NCBI GenBank assembly: GCA_043825735.1
Contig: JBDRRP010000121.1
Location: forward strand, 1-64,000
Direction: 5' to 3'
DNA from: Pseudomonadota bacterium
GTDB taxonomy: Bacteria; Desulfobacterota; Desulfobacteria; Desulfobacterales; JBDRRP01
Length of the DNA stretch: 64,000 bases
Under the pieces are notes generated by a model, which was not told where the DNA came from, searched no databases, and was given only the letters and a program-made list of their open reading frames with translations. Both the position numbers and the translations under genes were made by a program. Shown one piece after another: positions 19,519 through 29,710 of the stretch (the stretch's first letter is position 1; every line of letters starts with the position of its first letter).

Positions 19519-19554
19519 AAAAAGGGCACACGACGGTGCGCCCGCCGTGTGCCC
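19519..19554 (-). terminator. Rho-independent terminator after the giant FecR gene
   Basis: GGGCACACG/CGTGTGCCC stem with A5 on + (U-tract on -). Confidence 0.65.
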
Positions 19555-19576
19555 AAGGACGAATTTTGCTTCAGTG

Positions 19577-22500
19577 TTATTCTGGGCCGCTCAAATTGGC
19601 GTTCGTGACGACGCCGGCGCCGGTTCCGGTGAACGTTGAATCGCTGGTATTCTGGCCGGCCGCTGCGCCGTTGAAACTGACATCCCAGTTGGCACCGGAT
19701 TCGTTGATTGCGGCCACGCTCCCGGAGCCGCTTTCAACGGTGGCCCCCCAGGTGCCGCCAGTGCCGGCGGCCCAGTTTTGGACAACAAAATTCGCGGTGG
19801 CGAAACCCGTAAGTGGCACCGTGTCCGTAACGGCCGGCGTCGACCCAAAAAAACCGGAAACCGCATCCGTAGCCCATACCGTCGGCGGCGTGCCCATGGC
19901 GCTCGCTGCAAAGAACGTAATGTTGTTCATAGTAACGTAAAGATTGCCGTCGTTGCCGGAAAGACTGCCATTGCCGACTTCCCAGCTGGGGATATTCATA
20001 GCGTCGAGCACCTCATGGGCACCGTTTCTCACGCTGGCCAGATAGGCCGGCGTGTCCATGCTCACCGTGGCGGCGCCGGCGACCCAGGTGCCGGAAGCCC
20101 AGGTGGCGGGATCAGCCGGATCGAACAGGCCTTTCAATTCCCCGCCCATGACGCCGGTCATCCCGTCGTCCCAGTGGACCCAGGCGCCGTTGACATCGCC
20201 CCCGAACCGATTAATCGGAGGGTCGGCCGGGAGTTTCTTACCCCAATCGTCTCCCATGACCTGAATGAAATGCAGCGTGTCGGCATCTTCCAGCACCAGG
20301 CTAAGCTGCCACGGCGTATCGGCATCGCCGCCGAACCCGCTGGCGATTCCGGCCAGAGCGACAGCAGTGGCACTGGTCGGGCCACCGCCGCCCGGTGTCG
20401 GTACCGATTCCCAGGCGATCTCCGAAAGGGTGATAGTGCCCGGGCCGCCGCCGTAAGAGCCTTCCTGAAAGATGATACCGCTGCTGCTCAGGTAATTGCT
20501 GAAGCCGTCCATACCCGGCAGCAGGGTGGCCTCCAGATCCCAGTACCCTCCCGGACCCTCGGCTAAAAACCCGTCATTCATGTAATACGCCTGGCCGCAA
20601 TCGATACGGCCCGTATAAAGTGCCGGGTCGCTGCCATCGGCGCTGCTGCGGATGGCCACCATCGCACCGGTGATCAGCCCCTGATCATCTACAGCACCCA
20701 CGGCGCCAACACCGTAGAGATCCGGGTCGGTCTCTGTGACGGCCTTTCCCTGACTCCAGGCGGCCCAGAGATAATTGGCGCCGCCGTAGTTTTCCTCGAA
20801 ACCGAAATCCCCCAGCCCCCAGACCTTCAGTGTTTCATCTGCGTTTTCGATACCGCCTAGAAGGCCCCGAGTGTCGGCGACATCGAAAAAACCGCCATAG
20901 TAGAGGCTATCGTTGTTGTGTGAAGCATCCCAGTAAAACATACCCTGCTGCCCATCGATGCCCCATTCGGCAGAGAAACTCAGAGGCTGGGTCGATTCGT
21001 AACTGCCGACGCCGAGGCCGATCCATGTGCCAGCGTTTGATCCTTCGGAGGCAAAAGGACCGATCGATGCCTCATACAGCCCCCAGAACGGCCCGCTCAT
21101 CTGGCCGCGATGGGAATAGGTCATGTAGTTGCCGTCAAGGCCGCCTTCAATGGTACCACCGTCGTACCAGGTGCTCTCGACGTGTGCCAGCCAGTACCCT
21201 TCATCCCTATCCCGCACGCCGAAAGCGCCGTGCCCGCCGAGAGTGGCGCTCCAGTCGACAGTGCCCTCCGGTTTATCCGCAAAAACACCCGGATCCCCTG
21301 AGCCATCGCCGAGTTTAATGTTGTAAACGCCGAACGGCAGACTGACAGTCTGCCCCAAGTCCTCGTCATAGTAGTTGATGAACCGGCTGCGGGCGGTGTA
21401 GCCGCCTGCGGAACTCGTGCCCTCCAGGCCCTCCGTGTAAAACTGACCGTCCAGATAGGCATCGAAACCGATGAAGGCCCTGTCGGCTTCGGCGGTGTCG
21501 ACATTGTATGCGGCGGGCACCAGTGCAGCCATATCCCGACCGGTCAGGTCGCCTTCCAAAATCCAGAAGCCGCTATTGTCAGCCCCTGCCAGATGGATGC
21601 CATAAACGGGGCCTTCGATCATATGAACCGAGCCCAGCGGATCGTATACCAGCGAGGCGGTGTATAAATACTGATCTGCGAAAATGTCATCGATCGCATT
21701 ACCCGACCAGATCCCGCCGCTATAGCCGGCCACACCGCCGACGCCGCTCGAATCGCCGACCGTGTCGGCGGTCAGGGAAACGCTCCAAAGATACGGCGCC
21801 CCTGGTCCGGTGTCGGTATACGCGCCCATGCCGATCAGCAAGTAGTCCCCATCACCATATTCGGTAAGGCCCAAGAGTCCCGTCAGATCGCCCGCGCTGC
21901 CGATCGTGCCGGCGTCATTGCCGATAAGGTTGGCCTGCGGGCCGCCGATGTCGCCGCTGTATGACAGCTCGGTGAATGCCTCGTAAATACCGACGCCGGC
22001 GCCGATCCATGTGCCGGTGGATTCACCGGGGTCATCGAAGAGTCCGAATAAATTGCCGAACATTTCTCCGTAATGGGTCCGGGTAAGGTACGGGCCATAC
22101 AATTCACCGTCGATGATGCCGGAGTCCCCGCTGCCGTAAGGGAGCCAGTAGGTATCGGCAAATGTCATCCAGTATCCTTCATCCCCGGGGGCCGCGCCGA
22201 AGACGCCCTCGCCACCCAATATCATGGCGGCATCGGGGTCCCCCGACGGTTTTCCCGTGAAACCGGTGCCTTCGCCGTCGCCGATCCGGAGACTGAAGAC
22301 ACCGTATGGCAGGGACACGGTGTTATCGTCATTCGCGATGTAGGTGGTCTCCAGCAGGGTGATGCCCCCGTAAATACTGCCGGTGTCGCCCTCATAGTCC
22401 CAAAAGGTTCCGACCAGGCCACCGCCGCTGGTCGACTGACTGCCAAGCTGGGCGTCTGCGACGCTGTAACCCTCCGGTACCGTCATTTCCGCCCTATCCA

Positions 22501-25500
22501 TCGTCGCCGAGGCATCCCAGATGCCGCTGGCGCGGGTGGCGTCCATCTCGTAAAAAGTCCCCCCCATGATTCCCATCAGCAAGCTCACTGTGTCCTCAGG
22601 GGTAGCGATGAGCATCGCTGCGGCGCCGGGTACCATATCTCCGCGCCGGTCCGTATCAGCGCCCTTCATCCAAATGCCGGCCGAATAGCCGCCGCTGTAA
22701 CCGGGGTTTCCCACCGCCATCCCATTGAGTCCAGTGCTCCACAGATAGGGCCCCCCGTATCCGGATTCGAGGCCGCCGAAGCCGTCGTCCGTATAGGTGC
22801 CCATGGCGAGCAGTTCATAATCGCCGCCGACGCCCGGATAAATACCGAAAATGCCCCCTTCGTTGCCGGCGACATCGATACTGCCCTCACTGTTGTAATA
22901 GAGGGTGCTGTCGCCCCAGTCGCCGCTGTAGGCCAGTGGATAGGTGCCGGCCCAGCCGCCGACGACCTGGTTGGTCCACTCTCCCATGGTCCCTGGATCC
23001 GTAAAGCCGGCAATATCGCCCCTCACAGTGCCGAACCAGGTTTCAGTGAGATAGCGGCCGTTTTCCAGATATCCGGTGACCTCCCCGTCATCATTCCAGA
23101 AAATGTCGGCGTCGGCCCGCCAGTAGCCCTGGTCCGAGTCATTGGAGCCGAAAACGGCGGCGCCGCCGATGGTGGCGGTAAAGCTGTTGACGCCTTCGCC
23201 CCGGGTGAAATCGCCCTTGCTGAGCTGAAGGCTGAAAATGCCCATGGGAATCGTGTCGCCCAGGACCGATTCGATATTCCATGACAGGGTGTCGATCGTC
23301 GGCGCCGTGAGGGTGATGTCCGTGTCAAATTGCGGATACAGCCTGACACCGTCAAAATCACCGGTTGCCGACCGGGTGGTGTAGTTGCCGATCGATGTCG
23401 TGGCCGAGGCGTACCGTGCCCAGTCGCCGTTCAGTTCCCAGATATCGAGCGCGTCATCCCAGGTCCCGCTCGCCTGGCCGTAGAGCAGGCCCGCGTGCCC
23501 GCCGCTGGCGAGGTAGGGCGTTTGGTAAAGCCCGTAGATGTGAACATCGGTGATCGTACCGTCGGGTTTCCAGAGTCCTGCGGCCACGGCCTGGACCACC
23601 CGCTGATCGGCCGCCGACTCGGAAATGGGCCATTGATCCGATCCCTGGAACCCGGTCGCGAAAATATGTATACTCCCGGGCGCGGAAAGGCTCCCTATGG
23701 TCCCCAGTGCCCAGAAATCCGACGATGTTGTCACCCACGGCGCTGAAAGGCTGCCGATGGCCGCGCTAAAGTCACCGCCATCGGTACCGATCGCGGCACC
23801 GTCTTTAAAAAAGAGCCCCGAGCCGTTTTCATCCTGGATAATGGTTCCGCCCCAGGCAAGATCCTGGGATTCAAAGGTACCCACGCTGGAGGCGATCCAG
23901 GTGCCGCTTTCATCGGGCGGGGCGTCGGCACCGGTATTTTGACCAAACACCGGCCCTGTGAAGGCGCCCCGATGGGTGGCGGTCTGATAGACACCGCTCA
24001 GATTACCGGTGATTTCTCCGTCCGCGGTCCAGTTGCCGGCGAGATCCGCCGCATAAAACATGGGGCCGCCGGAGCCGTCACTGGTGTAAGTGCGTCCGCC
24101 CAGGCGCGCCGACCAGACGGTATAAGTCCCATCGCCCGGTCGCTGGAACGTATTGCCGTCTCCCAGGCGAAAATCATAGATGCCCCAGCCGGTGGCCGCG
24201 GATTCCCTATCCCAGAGAGAGATGAACATTGACAGGTCGTCGAGGCCGCCGGTGATGAGACCGGCATAATCGCTGGTGGCGGTGCTGATAAATGCGCCGG
24301 AAAGACCGGATGCGGCCATCCACTGTGGGGAGATGGATGCGCTGTTGGACAGGGTTTCTTTATAGGAGGACGACAGCGTCCCGCTGACGGACCACATATC
24401 GACCCCCTCGAACCAGTTGCCGGCCAGACTGCCGGCCATGACCCCGGCCCGGCCGTCCGGGGCCAGGGTGAGGCTGGCCGCGTAACCCGCAAAGGTGCCG
24501 TCGGCCTTCCACAAGCCGTTGGCAAAGCCCATGAGACTGCCGTCATGTTCTCCCGGCGCTTCGATGCCCCAGCCCTGGAGAAACGAGTTGAGAAGATAGC
24601 TGGTGGCCGGCGGGCCGGCAGTGTAGCTGTAATCGCCCATGGCGAAGAAATCCACGGTAGCGCTGTCCCATGGGGCCGAAAACCCGCCGAAAAGGCCTTC
24701 ATCGCTGCCTTCGCCAAACTCACTGAAACTGCCGGTGTCGCTTTTGTAGAGAGTCCCCGCACCCCCGCTCCACTGACCGCCGTAGCGCATGAGATCCAGG
24801 GTGGCGGTCCCCTGCTCGATGCTGCGGTAGTTAGTGCCGTCTCCGTCATGGGTGCCCCGCTGCCAGAGGCTCAGCGCACCGAGGTAGTCGCTATCGATAT
24901 AGGTCAGCGGCTGGTCATTGTAACCGGAAAGGGCCACGTGCCCGGCGCCGTCGTCGCTGCCCTCGATGAAGCCTAACGTGTAGCCGTTGCTACCTGTTTG
25001 GCCATAAAGCGTCACAAAGGAAGTGCCCAGCAGAGATGCATCCACCGAACCGCCGCTGGTCTGGAGCGTCCAGACACTGAGAATGCGCTCACGCCCCGTG
25101 GAAACGCCTGTCGCATCAATACCGGTGATCATCTTGTTGGCGACGCTGAAGCCGCCGCCGGTACCGATGCTTCCGATCTCCGGCAGCCCGCTCAGCAGGG
25201 TTGACAGGGGAGCGCTGATATCGGTCCCGGAGCCGGCAATGCCCAAAGCATTGGTGCGCCAGGCCGGTCCCTTAGCCGACAGGCTCCCTCCGGAAAGGCT
25301 TCCCGGCAAAAGACTGTAGACATAACCGGCCTTGGCGTCGGCAGCGACATAGATGCCGTTATAAAGTCCTTCCCACGAGCCCACGGTGCCTCCCAGAAAC
25401 CCCACGAAACCGCCGCCGGTATCCATATCCCCGTCGGCCCGCTGGGCGGCGGTATTCCCGCCGGCGTACTGCGCATTGACCTCAAAAGTGCCGGTATTTG

Positions 25501-26332
25501 TTTTGTCGCTGATGCTGCCCTGCAAGGTTCCATCGAAGGCCCCAGGCCCCAGAGCCGCTGAAAACAGGGTGTATGTATCCGTGGATGGGCTTGGCGGGTT
25601 CGGCGGCGTGTCGATCGTGCCGCCGTCAGACACCTTGTCTCCATCGACGGGGTCATTTGACGGTGGCGGACCCTGCGTGTCATCGACTTTGGTATCGCCG
25701 CTGGCTTCCCCGTCGTCGTCTTCAAGAACCAGATCTTTGTCCAGTGCGGGCCGGATCACCGGCGGCTTGTCGGCGGAAACCACCACCATGGACTGGCCGG
25801 CTTTGACCTCTCTCACCTCGTCGGGCTGATTGGCGCTGAAGGCGTAGACGACGCCCGATTTAACTGCCGACTCGGAAATTCCATCAATGAAGGATACGAA
25901 AAAGTCGGTACCACGCACGCCGCAGACGGCCGTTGGGGTATGCACCTCGTAGCGGTTTTCATTTTGCTTGCTGAAAAAGCCCGCGGCGCGGGTAACGATA
26001 TTCTGCACCTTTCCTTCAAAAAGGTTGAAGATGCTCTTGGACGTCTTCGCATCGCCCTGGTACTGGGTGATGCGTACCCGGCTGTTGGCGGCCAGACGCA
26101 TGATGCTGCCGTCGGCAAAGGTGATCTCGGCCTGCGATTGGCCACGAGTCAGTACTGTCTGCCCTTCATCGACAGCGTCGCCGAGCGTTGCAACGACCGG
26201 CGGCTTTCCCGGCGGGACGATTGCGACGGCGCCTTTGACCTGGGTCAACGTTCCAACACCGGCTGCCGCAAACGCAATGAACACCCACGACAGCAACACC
26301 GCTGCCACGCACATGCCATATCGCCGTTTCAT
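19577..26332 (-). CDS. Giant (2251 aa) secreted FecR-domain protein with ~310-aa beta-rich internal repeats
   Basis: Signal peptide; FecR motif FADGS..RL...TPTAVCGVRGTDF; acidic/Pro linker; Gly/Asp/aromatic-rich repeats with recurring G(T/E)WxxxxVG, (E/Q)GYW and GxYxTxxHxG motifs. Confidence 0.85.
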   Translation of the reverse strand: MKRRYGMCVAAVLLSWVFIAFAAAGVGTLTQVKGAVAIVPPGKPPVVATLGDAVDEGQTVLTRGQSQAEITFADGSIMRLAANSRVRITQYQGDAKTSKSIFNLFEGKVQNIVTRAAGFFSKQNENRYEVHTPTAVCGVRGTDFFVSFIDGISESAVKSGVVYAFSANQPDEVREVKAGQSMVVVSADKPPVIRPALDKDLVLEDDDGEASGDTKVDDTQGPPPSNDPVDGDKVSDGGTIDTPPNPPSPSTDTYTLFSAALGPGAFDGTLQGSISDKTNTGTFEVNAQYAGGNTAAQRADGDMDTGGGFVGFLGGTVGSWEGLYNGIYVAADAKAGYVYSLLPGSLSGGSLSAKGPAWRTNALGIAGSGTDISAPLSTLLSGLPEIGSIGTGGGFSVANKMITGIDATGVSTGRERILSVWTLQTSGGSVDASLLGTSFVTLYGQTGSNGYTLGFIEGSDDGAGHVALSGYNDQPLTYIDSDYLGALSLWQRGTHDGDGTNYRSIEQGTATLDLMRYGGQWSGGAGTLYKSDTGSFSEFGEGSDEGLFGGFSAPWDSATVDFFAMGDYSYTAGPPATSYLLNSFLQGWGIEAPGEHDGSLMGFANGLWKADGTFAGYAASLTLAPDGRAGVMAGSLAGNWFEGVDMWSVSGTLSSSYKETLSNSASISPQWMAASGLSGAFISTATSDYAGLITGGLDDLSMFISLWDRESAATGWGIYDFRLGDGNTFQRPGDGTYTVWSARLGGRTYTSDGSGGPMFYAADLAGNWTADGEITGNLSGVYQTATHRGAFTGPVFGQNTGADAPPDESGTWIASSVGTFESQDLAWGGTIIQDENGSGLFFKDGAAIGTDGGDFSAAIGSLSAPWVTTSSDFWALGTIGSLSAPGSIHIFATGFQGSDQWPISESAADQRVVQAVAAGLWKPDGTITDVHIYGLYQTPYLASGGHAGLLYGQASGTWDDALDIWELNGDWARYASATTSIGNYTTRSATGDFDGVRLYPQFDTDITLTAPTIDTLSWNIESVLGDTIPMGIFSLQLSKGDFTRGEGVNSFTATIGGAAVFGSNDSDQGYWRADADIFWNDDGEVTGYLENGRYLTETWFGTVRGDIAGFTDPGTMGEWTNQVVGGWAGTYPLAYSGDWGDSTLYYNSEGSIDVAGNEGGIFGIYPGVGGDYELLAMGTYTDDGFGGLESGYGGPYLWSTGLNGMAVGNPGYSGGYSAGIWMKGADTDRRGDMVPGAAAMLIATPEDTVSLLMGIMGGTFYEMDATRASGIWDASATMDRAEMTVPEGYSVADAQLGSQSTSGGGLVGTFWDYEGDTGSIYGGITLLETTYIANDDNTVSLPYGVFSLRIGDGEGTGFTGKPSGDPDAAMILGGEGVFGAAPGDEGYWMTFADTYWLPYGSGDSGIIDGELYGPYLTRTHYGEMFGNLFGLFDDPGESTGTWIGAGVGIYEAFTELSYSGDIGGPQANLIGNDAGTIGSAGDLTGLLGLTEYGDGDYLLIGMGAYTDTGPGAPYLWSVSLTADTVGDSSGVGGVAGYSGGIWSGNAIDDIFADQYLYTASLVYDPLGSVHMIEGPVYGIHLAGADNSGFWILEGDLTGRDMAALVPAAYNVDTAEADRAFIGFDAYLDGQFYTEGLEGTSSAGGYTARSRFINYYDEDLGQTVSLPFGVYNIKLGDGSGDPGVFADKPEGTVDWSATLGGHGAFGVRDRDEGYWLAHVESTWYDGGTIEGGLDGNYMTYSHRGQMSGPFWGLYEASIGPFASEGSNAGTWIGLGVGSYESTQPLSFSAEWGIDGQQGMFYWDASHNNDSLYYGGFFDVADTRGLLGGIENADETLKVWGLGDFGFEENYGGANYLWAAWSQGKAVTETDPDLYGVGAVGAVDDQGLITGAMVAIRSSADGSDPALYTGRIDCGQAYYMNDGFLAEGPGGYWDLEATLLPGMDGFSNYLSSSGIIFQEGSYGGGPGTITLSEIAWESVPTPGGGGPTSATAVALAGIASGFGGDADTPWQLSLVLEDADTLHFIQVMGDDWGKKLPADPPINRFGGDVNGAWVHWDDGMTGVMGGELKGLFDPADPATWASGTWVAGAATVSMDTPAYLASVRNGAHEVLDAMNIPSWEVGNGSLSGNDGNLYVTMNNITFFAASAMGTPPTVWATDAVSGFFGSTPAVTDTVPLTGFATANFVVQNWAAGTGGTWGATVESGSGSVAAINESGANWDVSFNGAAAGQNTSDSTFTGTGAGVVTNANLSGPE

Positions 26333-26465
26333 CTGACGCCTCCTGGCCGATATCCGGCCCTTCCCTCGCCCTCACGGCTTCAAGGGAAAAATCGCCCGTG
26401 ACGCAGTGGTTTCATCTTACAGCGACCCTCCACGGTTCGTCAACGTATCCATGGATGGGCACCAG

Positions 26466-28022
26466 TTAGAACCGATACTCTAAGCCCGCCGAAAAGATAC
26501 TCCGGTTGTAATCGTAAATGGCGACATTGGAAAATTGGCGGGTGTACGTGTACTGGACAATCAGCATGAGGTCTTTCATCAGGTCAAAATTTACCCCGCC
26601 TGTGGCTTGATATATGTCGTCACGCCGTTGCTCGAAAACGGCTGTCCCCACACCGTTGATAACCCTCGGATCGGGGCTTTCATTGTCGTAAAATTTGTAA
26701 AAAGCCTGCAGCCCCAGTTGAAAGCGCAGCCGCTGCGTAGCGGGAATCGTCGTGTTGGCGACGATCTGATAGCCCTGGTTGCTCCACCAGGCACCATTGG
26801 CATTTTCATCGATATAAGCCAGCCGTATGTTGGCAAAAAGACCTGCGGCATTGGACCACAACCAGCTTATATAGGTACGGAAAGCATCCGAATCCCTGTC
26901 AGCGGCGTCCACTGTCGCCGGGAGGGTAAATTCCTTCTTATCGTATCCGGCGAACACCTCGAGCACCTGTGCGGGCTTCAACACATAGCGCCACATAGGG
27001 CCGATACTGAAATACTGGGAGGCCTCCTGGTAATAAGGGCGCTTTTTGGATGCGTAGTTATAGTTGGCGGCGATGTTGAGCGAGTAGCGACCGAAATCAT
27101 AACCCGGCACCATATAAAATCCACCGGAGAGGGTGTCATTGTCGGTGGATTGATTTTGGTAAAGGCTGCCAGAAAAAACACCTTGAGCGTTGAACAGCCA
27201 CTTTCCCGGTACAAGCGGCCGGTAATCCACCCGCAGACTGCCGTTGAGTCCCGGGCTATAGGACGGGACGGCTCCGGGCCATGGCGGCGCGTCGTTGGTG
27301 TCGTTCCAGCGCAGCAGCAGGTTGGAATCATAGAGACCGGACACGGAGGCCGTGAACCGCCATACGTCTTCCAGGCGCTTGTCCACGGAGTCCTGGTATT
27401 GCCGAGCGAAGCTGGCGAGATCCGAACCGGGATCAAGCAGAACCACCTGCCGAAGCCGCTCTTTGGCGGCGTCCAGGTTCTTGGCTCGAATGAGGTTCAT
27501 TGCGATCTGAAAATCAGATGACTGTCCGTAGGCGGGGTCCAGCTTTTTAGTCGCCTCGAATGCCTCGACAGCGTCATCGTAGCGCCCCTGCTTGCCACAA
27601 AGCAGCCCCTTGAGAAAAGTAATTTTGGCCGGGGCGAAGCCTGCTTTTTCCGCCACACCGATCCATTTCTCCGCAGCGGTCAGATCACCCGGTTGCCCCA
27701 TCCTGATCAATACGTCAACCAGTTCCACAAGGGCTTCCTGAATGGGCGGACTCAGTTCCACCGCATTCTGAAATTGACCGGCGGCCTTGGAGTACTCGGC
27801 CAGTTGTTTGTAGGTCAGCCCAAGAAAAAATGCAGCCGTGCTCGAACCGGGTTCTTTCTCCCGGGCCTTGAGAAAAGCCGCCTCCGCTGCCAGATAGGCG
27901 CTTTGCTTGTAAAGATCGATTCCTTGCAGCAGTTCCGGGCTCTCGGCCCTGACGGCAGTGGCCGGAAACAGACCGGCGACTGTCGCTACCAGAATCATGG
28001 CCAGCGTTGACAGGTACTTCAA
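26466..28022 (-). CDS. TPR plus outer-membrane beta-barrel protein (Slam-like), second paralog
   Basis: Signal peptide, multiple TPRs, LYDSNL first-strand motif, RRDD near C-terminus, beta-signal SAGLEYRF; SD GAGGAGG. Confidence 0.8.
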   Translation of the reverse strand: MKYLSTLAMILVATVAGLFPATAVRAESPELLQGIDLYKQSAYLAAEAAFLKAREKEPGSSTAAFFLGLTYKQLAEYSKAAGQFQNAVELSPPIQEALVELVDVLIRMGQPGDLTAAEKWIGVAEKAGFAPAKITFLKGLLCGKQGRYDDAVEAFEATKKLDPAYGQSSDFQIAMNLIRAKNLDAAKERLRQVVLLDPGSDLASFARQYQDSVDKRLEDVWRFTASVSGLYDSNLLLRWNDTNDAPPWPGAVPSYSPGLNGSLRVDYRPLVPGKWLFNAQGVFSGSLYQNQSTDNDTLSGGFYMVPGYDFGRYSLNIAANYNYASKKRPYYQEASQYFSIGPMWRYVLKPAQVLEVFAGYDKKEFTLPATVDAADRDSDAFRTYISWLWSNAAGLFANIRLAYIDENANGAWWSNQGYQIVANTTIPATQRLRFQLGLQAFYKFYDNESPDPRVINGVGTAVFEQRRDDIYQATGGVNFDLMKDLMLIVQYTYTRQFSNVAIYDYNRSIFSAGLEYRF

Positions 28023-28266
28023 AATTCCGCCTCCTCGCAGATTAGGCTGTTTTCATCTCAAGGGCCGCCCCAGGTTGGACCGTGTCGACGGGATAGGGCG
28101 TTGAAGTAAATCGGATAGCAAACATATACCAGTTCGAAACCGCATTTCAATCGATTTCGGTCCGGAATTCTTCCGCGGCAGGGGTGACGACATCAGCAGA
28201 AAGTTACCTTACTGGTCGGAATTCGGGTCTTGCCTGAAAACAAAATCGAGCATTTGTGAACGGGCA

Positions 28267-29331
28267 CTAGTTGTAAATGAGGTTCATGGGCAGCGGCGGA
28301 TATTTCCACACCCCGGGTTTGGGCAGCAGGTGCTGGCCACCAACGGTCAACCAGTTCAGATCCTGCTTGAGGTCTCGCAGTTTACCGTCGTCAGGGGGGC
28401 GCGAATGATCGGTATAGGCATAGGTCGTTAGAAAGATGCACACGCCGCCGCCTTTCACGCGGGAAACCACGTAATTTTTCATGAAGGTCCGCGGCTGGAG
28501 CTGATGCTCGCTGGCGATCTGATCCAGCTCCGCATCGGAAAAATTCATGAGCACCGCCTTTGACGTACCGCGCTCGGAGATACGAATGAGAGAGCGGGAC
28601 TCCGACGAGCCCACGTAAACCGTGGCAATACAGGGGATATTGCGCAGGTACTGGGCGGCGACAATGGCAGCGGTCCGGCGGCCGCCCACCATCACCGGCA
28701 CGCCGTGGTATTCGAAAAACTTCTTCTGCAGATCCTCGGCGTACTTGTCGCCTTTTTCATAAAGGTCTTTTGAAATGTACCGCAGGTTGCGGGCCATGCT
28801 TTCGGCTGCATCGGCAATGGGCCAGTCGATGCGTACGTGGAAATGGGTCAGGCCGTAACGGTTTCGGGTATTGCTGGATGGATCCCTCTGAATCATCAGG
28901 GCGTAGTCAACGGGAAGCAGATCGGTGAGAAAGTCAAAGAAATGGACCGAATCCATAAACTTCTGGGTCCGATCATACTGCTGGCCCAATGGCAGCTGGC
29001 CAACATGCATCAGATTTGATTTGGTTGTCCGATTGACGTCGAAAAAGCGGATGTACTTCTTGTGGACGGCCGGCACACTGTCTTCGATGAATATGATCAG
29101 AAAGGCATTCTGGCACTCGTACTCATTGGCAGGGATGCGGGCGCGCGGTTTCAACTCCCGTTTTTCTACAAAGGGGTACGGAATATTTTGCGCCTGAAAC
29201 CGGTCGTAGGAGGCGATCAGTGCATAATTGAGCACGAACTGGTCCAGCTCATCCCGGAGCATTTCATAATAGGACCGCCGGAGCCGGTTGGCCAAGCTGA
29301 GTTCCTCTCTGACACTCCAGAAAGCCACCAC
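28267..29331 (-). CDS. Hypothetical cytoplasmic protein (354 aa)
   Basis: Long ORF with SD AGGAGG and typical codon use; no family recognised. Confidence 0.75.
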   Translation of the reverse strand: MVAFWSVREELSLANRLRRSYYEMLRDELDQFVLNYALIASYDRFQAQNIPYPFVEKRELKPRARIPANEYECQNAFLIIFIEDSVPAVHKKYIRFFDVNRTTKSNLMHVGQLPLGQQYDRTQKFMDSVHFFDFLTDLLPVDYALMIQRDPSSNTRNRYGLTHFHVRIDWPIADAAESMARNLRYISKDLYEKGDKYAEDLQKKFFEYHGVPVMVGGRRTAAIVAAQYLRNIPCIATVYVGSSESRSLIRISERGTSKAVLMNFSDAELDQIASEHQLQPRTFMKNYVVSRVKGGGVCIFLTTYAYTDHSRPPDDGKLRDLKQDLNWLTVGGQHLLPKPGVWKYPPLPMNLIYN

Positions 29332-29409
29332 ATCCTCCTAAACCGAAAATTGTTAATTTTTGCATAGATAACACTATTTTAGGATATCGTCAACGCTGTC
29401 TAACCAGAA

Positions 29410-29700
29410 TTAAAATCGATGGCGCCCACCGCGTTCGGCCCATCGGGTGATGGGCCCGCGGTAACGATAGACGACGCCGGCCACCACCATGCTCGCAAGC
29501 GCCACCGCGATCGCAGCACGGTAATCCCTGTTCAGCAGCGAAGCGCCCTGAATACTCAGCACAAAGGTCCCCGGAATCCGGCCAAAGGCGGCCATGAGAA
29601 GGCGCAGGCTCAGGGGCAGCGCCGTCAAACATAGAAACAGGCAGAAGTAATCCTTTGGAAAGCAAGGATGAAAGACCAGGTCCGCTGCGGTTCGGCAAGG
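29410..29700 (-). pseudogene. C-terminal remnant of a TVP38/TMEM64 (VTT/DedA) membrane protein
   Basis: PCFPKDYFCLFLCLTALPL...AFGRIPGTFVLSIQG resembles the family motif PGFPKDxLC...GRxPG; 5' part replaced by hexamer repeats. Confidence 0.5.
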
Positions 29701-29710
29701 GCAGATCATC

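Noticed and set aside
16057..26332. Classical FecIRA iron-uptake signalling
   Set aside because: No ECF sigma factor, no TonB-dependent receptor, and the FecR domains follow signal peptides without a cytoplasmic anti-sigma domain
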